From Candidatus Micrarchaeum sp. (GTDB lineage Archaea; SpSt-1190; DYHY01), in assembly GCA_020723935.1 (NCBI GenBank), contig DYHY01000002.1, positions 31,465 through 95,464 on the forward strand: a stretch of 64,000 bases of DNA. Reading direction: 5' to 3'. The position numbers and the translations under genes were made by a program. Numbering within the stretch: position 1 is the first letter of the stretch; the number at the start of each line of letters is the position of its first letter. Of the stretch, positions 58,652-64,000 are shown one piece after another. The notes under the pieces are model-generated. The model was not told the origin of the DNA. It did no database searches and saw nothing but the letters and a program-made list of their open reading frames with translations.

Positions 58652-60516
58652 ATGCGGCGCTAGCCAAGGTCATCCTCTCCCTCGCGGCGCTCGGCTTCAC
58701 AGCAAGCCTCGGGGGCGGGCCCCTCCCGGTCGCAGCGGTCGGAGCGCTGATGCTTGCGCAGTTGCTCGGGCGGGGGCGGGCGAGGCAGGCGGCCCTGTTC
58801 GCCCTTTTCGCCGCGACGGCAGTCGCCTTCCTCTTCTCCTCGCCGGGCGTGCGCGGCGACCAGATCCTGCAGGCGCGCGCCCTCGCGGGCGACCGGATAT
58901 TCGTGGAAATCTCCGGCAACGCCAGCGGCGGTCCGGGCATCGCAATCTCGGCGAGGGCTTTCCCGCGCTCCGCCTTCGCGGCGTTCTCGAGCAGGCCGCT
59001 GATATCCGCGGGCCAGCCCGAGGGGCTCTCGGTCATCCTTGCCACGTTCTACGCCCTCTTCGGCGCGAAGAGGGTCTTGATTCTGTCAGCCTTGCCGGCC
59101 GCGCTCATCGCCGCGATCGTCTTCCTAGCGGCGTCGAGGACCGGCATTCCCGACGCCGCGTCCGGAGCCCTCGCGGTCTTCTCGGTCTTCAACCCCCTGC
59201 TCCTTGACGTGGCCTACAACGAAACGGGGTTCGTCCTCGCCGGATTCCTCCTCGCGGCCGCCGTCTTCCTCGCCGTCTTCCGGGAGGAAAGAAAGAAGGC
59301 GGGCGGCGGAAAGCCGCGGAAGGAAGGCTGGGTGAGCCCGCTTGCCGGCGCCTTCCTCGGGGCCCTCGTCGGAGTCAGGCATGAGCTTGCGATCGTCGTC
59401 CCGTTCGTCGCGCTCGCCTCGCGGGGGAAGAACAAGGCGCAGCTCCTCGCCGCATTCATGGTCTTCGCGCTCCCCTGGACCGCCTGGCACTCCGCGGTCC
59501 TCGGCAATCCCCTGGCAAGCGAGGTCCAGTCCTACGCGCCGCCCGACCCTTTCTACAGGCACTGCCTCGGCCCCCTCTGCTTCAGGTTCAACGGCCTCCT
59601 GAACTTCCAGGAGGAGGGGATAGTCAGGACGCCCGGGTACGGATATCCCGTGTTCGTCCTCCTGCCCCTCGCGCTGCTCGCCTCCTTCGGGGTCCTCCTC
59701 GCCGCCCTCTCGGCAGCGGGCGCGGCGGTCTTCGTCCTTTTCCTCCTCCCGATGGAGAACTGGGAGGCACACAAGACGGGGCTCCTCTACCCGCTCGTCC
59801 CCGCCGTGGCGATTGTCTGCGCGGCGGGGATCGGGGCGCTCGCGGAGGGCAGGCGGGCGGCGATCTTCGCCTTCCTCGCCGCCTGCGCCATCTCCTACCT
59901 CCTGGTCCTGGGCGTCTTGGCCCTCCCGCGCTTCCCGGAGGATCCGAGATGGCACGAAAGGTTCCCCAGGGCGCAGAGCGCGCGGATCTCGGGTATGGAG
60001 AAGAACCTGGGTCCCGCCTCCGTCTGGCCCCTTCCCATGAGGGCGCATTTCATCGAGAAGGCTCCTGCCGTCCTCGAGACGGGCGCGCGGGAGGAAGCCG
60101 GCGCGCCCCCCTCTCCGCACGGCCCGGGCAATGGCGCAGTGGCTCCGGAGCTCGCCGGGCCGTGCGGGGGACTGTCATACCGGGGGACGGCCTTGGACGC
60201 GCGCCGCTCCCTCTTCCTCACCGAAAGGCTGGCGTATTATTGGGAGATTGCGCATTGCCTGCCGCTCCTTGATGCTGAGGCCGTCGGCGTCTACGCGGCG
60301 CCGGGCTTCAGGGAAGCCCTTGAGGGGTCCGACCTCTACGCGCTCCTGCCGGCCGTCAAGGGGGAGGACCCGGTCTTCATACGCGGCCTGGCGGAGAAGA
60401 TCCCATCCTACAACGAGACGCAGTTGGGGACGCTGGGCCTTCCCGACGGAACCCAGATACCGGTCGTCAGGATAGGGAAGCCTTCGCGGATCGCTTCTTC
60501 GGCAGCGCTTCCATGA
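58597..60516 (+). CDS. Polytopic membrane protein, possibly a GT-C-fold glycosyltransferase (ArnT/PMT-like)
   Basis: At least 10 hydrophobic helices in 639 aa. No catalytic motif confidently identified. Start uncertain. Confidence 0.4.
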   Translation: MNCPRPGSARIVDGKASAYAALAKVILSLAALGFTASLGGGPLPVAAVGALMLAQLLGRGRARQAALFALFAATAVAFLFSSPGVRGDQILQARALAGDRIFVEISGNASGGPGIAISARAFPRSAFAAFSSRPLISAGQPEGLSVILATFYALFGAKRVLILSALPAALIAAIVFLAASRTGIPDAASGALAVFSVFNPLLLDVAYNETGFVLAGFLLAAAVFLAVFREERKKAGGGKPRKEGWVSPLAGAFLGALVGVRHELAIVVPFVALASRGKNKAQLLAAFMVFALPWTAWHSAVLGNPLASEVQSYAPPDPFYRHCLGPLCFRFNGLLNFQEEGIVRTPGYGYPVFVLLPLALLASFGVLLAALSAAGAAVFVLFLLPMENWEAHKTGLLYPLVPAVAIVCAAGIGALAEGRRAAIFAFLAACAISYLLVLGVLALPRFPEDPRWHERFPRAQSARISGMEKNLGPASVWPLPMRAHFIEKAPAVLETGAREEAGAPPSPHGPGNGAVAPELAGPCGGLSYRGTALDARRSLFLTERLAYYWEIAHCLPLLDAEAVGVYAAPGFREALEGSDLYALLPAVKGEDPVFIRGLAEKIPSYNETQLGTLGLPDGTQIPVVRIGKPSRIASSAALP

Positions 60517-61702
60517 ACGCCTTGAGCTTCCCGAAGGCCTCCTCGAGGACTGGGACGGGTGGGAGTATGACGGAGCGGAAATGGGAGCGGCAGAGGAACC
60601 CGTCGCCGTTCACAAGGACGAGGCCCGTGTTCTGCAGGACGTCGAGGACGAACTCCTTGTCAGTCGCCCATCCGCCGGCGGAAAGGTCCACCTTCGGGAA
60701 GATGTAGAAGGCCCCCGCGGGCTTCCTCGCCGAAAGGCCAGGTATGCTGTTGATCATCTTGTGGGCTGCCTCCGCCCGCTCGGAAAGCTTCTGCCTTATC
60801 TCCTTGAAATGGTCCGCGTTCTCCCAGGCCGAGTGCAGGGCGAGCTCTATGGGCGTGCAGGACGAGAGGCGCAGGCGCGCCTGGCGCTTGAACCCCTCCT
60901 CGAGGTCCGAGAAGCTCCTGTCGGACGTTGGGTTGTGGAAGCACACATAGCCGGCGCGCCACCCGGGCGAGAGGAAGTTCTTCGAGAAGCCGTTCAGGAG
61001 GACCACCGGGGAATCCTTGGCGAGGGAGACGGCCGAGGCGAAGGGCACGTCGCGGAAGATCATCCTGTCGTATATCTCGTCGGATATGACGGGGATCCCG
61101 GCCTCGGCCGCGATGCCGATTATTCTCTTCACTGCCTCCGGCGGATAGACCGCCCCCGTCGGGTTGTTCGGGTTGATGATGACTATCGCCTTGGTGAGCG
61201 GGGTGATCTTCCTGCGCACGTCCTCGGCGTCCGGCTGCCAGTCCTCCTTCTCGATGCAGTCGTAGGTCACCGGGACCCCGCCGAAGAAGGTCGCGTAATC
61301 CGCGTAGGGCGGGTATGTCGGGGAGGGGAGGAGTATCTCGTCGCCCGGCTCTAGGAGCGCGCCCATGAGGAACATGAGCGCCTCGGATAGGCCCGTCGTG
61401 AAGACGACGTTCTCGTGGCTTATGTTCGCCCCGGTCTTCTTGCTCTCGTATTCGGCTATCTTCCTGAGGAGCGTCATGTCGCCCTCGGAATCCGAATAGT
61501 AGCCGGCCCGCGTGTCCATGACGCGCTTCATTGCCTCGCGCATGTGCCTGGGCGTGTCGAAGTCGAACTTGTTCGGGTCGCCGATGTTGAAGTAGTACAT
61601 CTTCTTCCCGCCGGCGGCAAGCTTCCTCGCCGGGCCGAGGATGTCTCGTATCGGCGACTTGAGGCCGGCCGCGCGCGCGGTGACAATGGGCTTGAGTGGC
61701 AT
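60467..61702 (-). CDS. PLP-dependent aminotransferase, class I (alanine/aspartate aminotransferase-like)
   Basis: NPNNPTG and NGFSKNF (PLP lysine) motifs. About 410 aa. Confidence 0.85.
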   Translation of the reverse strand: MPLKPIVTARAAGLKSPIRDILGPARKLAAGGKKMYYFNIGDPNKFDFDTPRHMREAMKRVMDTRAGYYSDSEGDMTLLRKIAEYESKKTGANISHENVVFTTGLSEALMFLMGALLEPGDEILLPSPTYPPYADYATFFGGVPVTYDCIEKEDWQPDAEDVRRKITPLTKAIVIINPNNPTGAVYPPEAVKRIIGIAAEAGIPVISDEIYDRMIFRDVPFASAVSLAKDSPVVLLNGFSKNFLSPGWRAGYVCFHNPTSDRSFSDLEEGFKRQARLRLSSCTPIELALHSAWENADHFKEIRQKLSERAEAAHKMINSIPGLSARKPAGAFYIFPKVDLSAGGWATDKEFVLDVLQNTGLVLVNGDGFLCRSHFRSVILPPVPVLEEAFGKLKAFMEALPKKRSAKASLS

Positions 61703-61816
61703 TGCGGGCGCTGCTACGGGCGGGGAAATAAAAAGTTATCCCGCCTTCAGGGAGGGAAGGGACGGTTTTATGCATCCTGGCTCGCGCTAACCGCAGCAAA
61801 AAAAGAGGGGGCAGCC

Positions 61817-62422
61817 TTACTTTGCCGCCTCGGCCTGCCGCTCAATGTTGTCTTTCTTCTCCACCGCGAAGCTCTTCGCGTCGCCGGTGGAGGCGTTTAT
61901 GAGCTCCTCGACGAGGACGTCGGTGAGCGAGTGGTTGGACCCGCGCGAGCGGTTGAAGCAGCCCTTGGTTATCAGGCTGAGCGCGATGTCCACGCGCCTC
62001 TGGGGAGACACGTCGACCGACACCGGCCTTCTCACCCCACCCATCTGCACGGATGTCGTCTCGCCCCTGGGAGCTACCCTCTCCACCGCGCGCACGAGCA
62101 CCTCTATCGGGTTCTTCCCCGTCCGCTTGTGGATGCGCTCGAAGGCCTCCTCTATGACCGCGATCACCTTCTGCTTCTTGCCCGTGTTCCTGCCGCTCGT
62201 GAAGATGTGCTTCCTCGAGAGGCTCGAGTGGCCGGTGACAAGCATCTTGTTCGCCAGGCGCTCGACAATGTTTAGCTTGTTCTTCCAGAAGCGCTTCTTG
62301 ACGTGCTTTCCGCCGGAGTGGGGCACGTAGATCGGGCGCAGGTTGATGTAGTCGGCGAGGCCGGGAGCCACGACCGCGACCGTAGTGAACTCGTACTTGT
62401 CGAATAGCTTTGGCGCGTCCAT
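61817..62422 (-). CDS. rps7: 30S ribosomal protein S7
   Basis: Canonical archaeal S7 sequence (NKMLVTGHSS ... KNPIEVLVRAVE). Confidence 0.92.
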   Translation of the reverse strand: MDAPKLFDKYEFTTVAVVAPGLADYINLRPIYVPHSGGKHVKKRFWKNKLNIVERLANKMLVTGHSSLSRKHIFTSGRNTGKKQKVIAVIEEAFERIHKRTGKNPIEVLVRAVERVAPRGETTSVQMGGVRRPVSVDVSPQRRVDIALSLITKGCFNRSRGSNHSLTDVLVEELINASTGDAKSFAVEKKDNIERQAEAAK

Positions 62423-62428
62423 CGCAGA

Positions 62429-62866
62429 TTACCTCTTCTTCTTCTCCTTCTTGCCGCGGCGAAGCTCCAGGACCGCTATCCCGTTGACCTTCGTCACGAT
62501 CCAGCGCACGCCCGGGATGTCGCCCATCGCGCGGCCCATGGCCCCGCCGATGCCCTCGATCTCGACCTCGTCGTGCTCGTCTATGAAGGTGATCGCCTTG
62601 TCCCCCGGCGTCATCGCCGTGATCTGCTTGCCGTTCTTGATGAGCTGGACGCGCACGCACTTCCTTATCCCGGAGTGCGGCTGCTTGGCTTCGACGCCGA
62701 CCTTCTCAAGGACTATGCCTCGCGCCTGCGGGGCCTTCTTCAGGGGATCCGCCTTGAGGCGCGTCCCGTAGAAGACCTGCCTGAAACCCTTCTGGGAGAG
62801 GCGGAAGTTCTTGCGCTTGCGCGCCAGCTTTGCCGCCGCAAATAGGCCCTTTGTCTTTCGTGCCAT
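62429..62866 (-). CDS. rps12: 30S ribosomal protein S12
   Basis: [14 protein letters not shown] ... [22 protein letters not shown] ... S12 signature. Start is the internal ATG of ORF 62429..62968. Confidence 0.92.
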   Translation of the reverse strand: MARKTKGLFAAAKLARKRKNFRLSQKGFRQVFYGTRLKADPLKKAPQARGIVLEKVGVEAKQPHSGIRKCVRVQLIKNGKQITAMTPGDKAITFIDEHDEVEIEGIGGAMGRAMGDIPGVRWIVTKVNGIAVLELRRGKKEKKKR

Positions 62867-62991
62867 CGCTGCCGGAGGGTCCGGAGAGGGCCTTTTTAAG
62901 GGTTGCCCTGGGTTTTTCAGGAGGGTTTTTGCGGCCCGCCGGGAAGCGCGGGGGGCGGCTTTATCCAAAGTTCACTCGGGCGCCGGGAGGC

Positions 62992-63959
62992 TCACCCGAA
63001 TGTGAATGTGTATGTCATCAGGCCCGGCGCGGCCGGGATGAGCTCTATTTTGTGCTCCCTGTAGCCGGAGGTGGAGTTGTAGACCTGGTAGAGCTGGAAG
63101 CCGTTTATTATCGTCTTCCCTGCGGGCTTGTCGTCCACGCGGATTGTCAGCTCGATAGGGTCCCCGCTCGTCCCCGCGACGAGGAAGACGTTCCTCGCGT
63201 AGAACCTCAGGGAGATGGAGCCCGGGACGGATGAGAGCTCCATGTCGTCGTTGGTGTTCTTCCAGGAGCCGGAAAGGTAGAACCTGTCGCGCGCGAGGTC
63301 CGTCGGAAGCAAGTATGCCCTTGTCTCGTCCGGAGCCCGCCCCTGGGTGTTGCCCATCTGTCCGCGGGAGAAGCCATACTCCAGGTAGATTTCCGGCGTC
63401 AGGAGGAAGCTCGAGGGTTCTGCTCGGCCACGTCGACGAGGCCCCCCGCCGGAGTCTCGTTCGCCAGCAATAGCACCCGCGAGCGCTCGGCGAGGGCTTC
63501 CTGGATCCTCTTCTCGGCCTCGCCGTAGCCGCCCTCGCCGAAATGGCTGTAGACGACGAAGCCGTCGGTGTCTATCAGGTATTTGGCCTGCCAGTAGCAG
63601 TTAGCGTAGGCGTTCCAGGTGCCATACTGGTTGTCCTGGGCGACGGGATATTCGATGCCTAGCTTCCTCACCGCGCGCTCGACGTTCGCGAGGTCCTGCT
63701 CGAAGGCGAACTCGGGGGTGTGGACGCCGATGATCTCCAGGCCCTCGTCCTTGTACTTGCCATACTAGGCGTTAAGGAAGGGGATCGTGCGCAGGCAGTT
63801 TATGCAGCTGTAGGTCCAGAAGTCTATCAGGACGACCTTCTTCCCGATGTTCTCGCCGACCGTGACGTTCTTGGCGTTGACATGGCCTTGGGGGGAGACG
63901 AGCTCCGGGGCGCGCTGGAAGCGCAGGGCCTTGGCTACGGCGCGCAGGTCCGTGCTCAA
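62992..63959 (-). pseudogene. Thioredoxin-fold redoxin (TlpA/DipZ-C-like: Trx domain plus β-sandwich domain), disrupted by an in-frame TAG and a 1-nt frameshift
   Basis: ORFs 63765..63959 and 63399..63671 are in one frame, separated by TAG at 63765–63767. The TAG falls in [37 protein letters not shown], a position that is Trp in the homologues I recall (TGG to TAG). The C-terminal β-sandwich part (62992..63357) continues in a different frame, and the junction lies near 63405–63420. Confidence 0.55.
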
Positions 63960-64000
63960 GGAGGAGTTCGGATTGCCCGCGATCGGCGCCGGACCGTAGG

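Noticed and set aside
1-64000. TAG as a pyrrolysine or reassigned sense codon
   Set aside because: TAG terminates EF-1α and the TadC-like gene at their expected C-termini. The internal TAGs replace Trp and Gln codons by single transitions. No pyl genes are visible in this window. Readthrough cannot be excluded, but reassignment is not supported.
1-64000. CRISPR arrays, rRNA and tRNA genes
   Set aside because: I scanned the intergenic regions (for example 2311–3557, 18564–18617, 34540–34781, 37260–37547, 52450–52553) for regularly spaced repeats and for tRNA-like T-loop signatures (GGTTCGAATCC-type), and found none. The only repeats are the short ones reported.

Overview
This window is high-GC (about 64%) and the gene content says archaeon. 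It carries an archaeal-order S12–S7–EF-2–EF-1α–S10 cluster (60.4–63.0 kb and 52.5–57.2 kb), an Alba chromatin protein, deoxyhypusine synthase, and glmS.

The first 18.6 kb is one co-directional operon-like locus. It opens with a FlaI/TadA-type secretion ATPase (10–2310) and a TadC/FlaJ-type polytopic membrane platform protein (3558–5627). These are followed by about 21 tightly packed or ATGA-overlapping genes, and nearly all of their products begin with a short basic stretch, then G or A, then a short acidic/polar stretch, then a hydrophobic helix. That is the class III (type IV pilin-like) signal-peptide architecture. Most also carry Cys-rich extracellular domains. Inside this locus are a canonical SLT-type lytic-transglycosylase domain protein (15389–16546) and a degenerate SLT-like neighbour.

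Immediately downstream, on the opposite side of an AT-rich divergent promoter region, is a 2287-codon ORF (about 2150 codons from the most plausible start). It has an N-terminal TM anchor, two glycoside-hydrolase TIM-barrel-like regions (one a clear GH5 with NEP/TEIG motifs), an SLT-like lysozyme domain, Cys-rich modules, and a C-terminal M23 (LytM) peptidase domain. So the window contains a pilus-like apparatus physically linked to multiple peptidoglycan-targeting enzymes in an archaeon that should have no murein. I read this as a candidate undescribed attachment and cell-wall-breaching system directed at bacteria (or a pseudomurein-containing host). This is a hypothesis.

The rest of the window carries housekeeping and envelope genes: SPFH protein, two divergent GT2 glycosyltransferases, radical SAM, a large metallophosphoesterase-like protein, NikR-like and YkgJ-like proteins, PAP2, an ArsR-type regulator, ferredoxin, malic enzyme, SdpI-like, NUDIX, a membrane-anchored wHTH regulator, a GT28-like protein, DedA, and an aminotransferase.

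Several genes are disrupted. In-frame TAG codons fall at a Trp position in a redoxin and at a Gln position in a pilin paralog. Two more sit in one frame that also encodes an F7V5 stretch from a (TTC)7(GTC)5 repeat. Malic enzyme has two compensating 1-nt frameshifts in A-runs, and a redoxin and a GT2 are frameshifted. The causes could be genome decay, strain-mixture consensus, or sequencing error, and I cannot separate them from sequence alone.

I found no rRNA, tRNA or CRISPR array. A few gene starts derived from the ORF track may be off by 1 nt against the displayed numbering.
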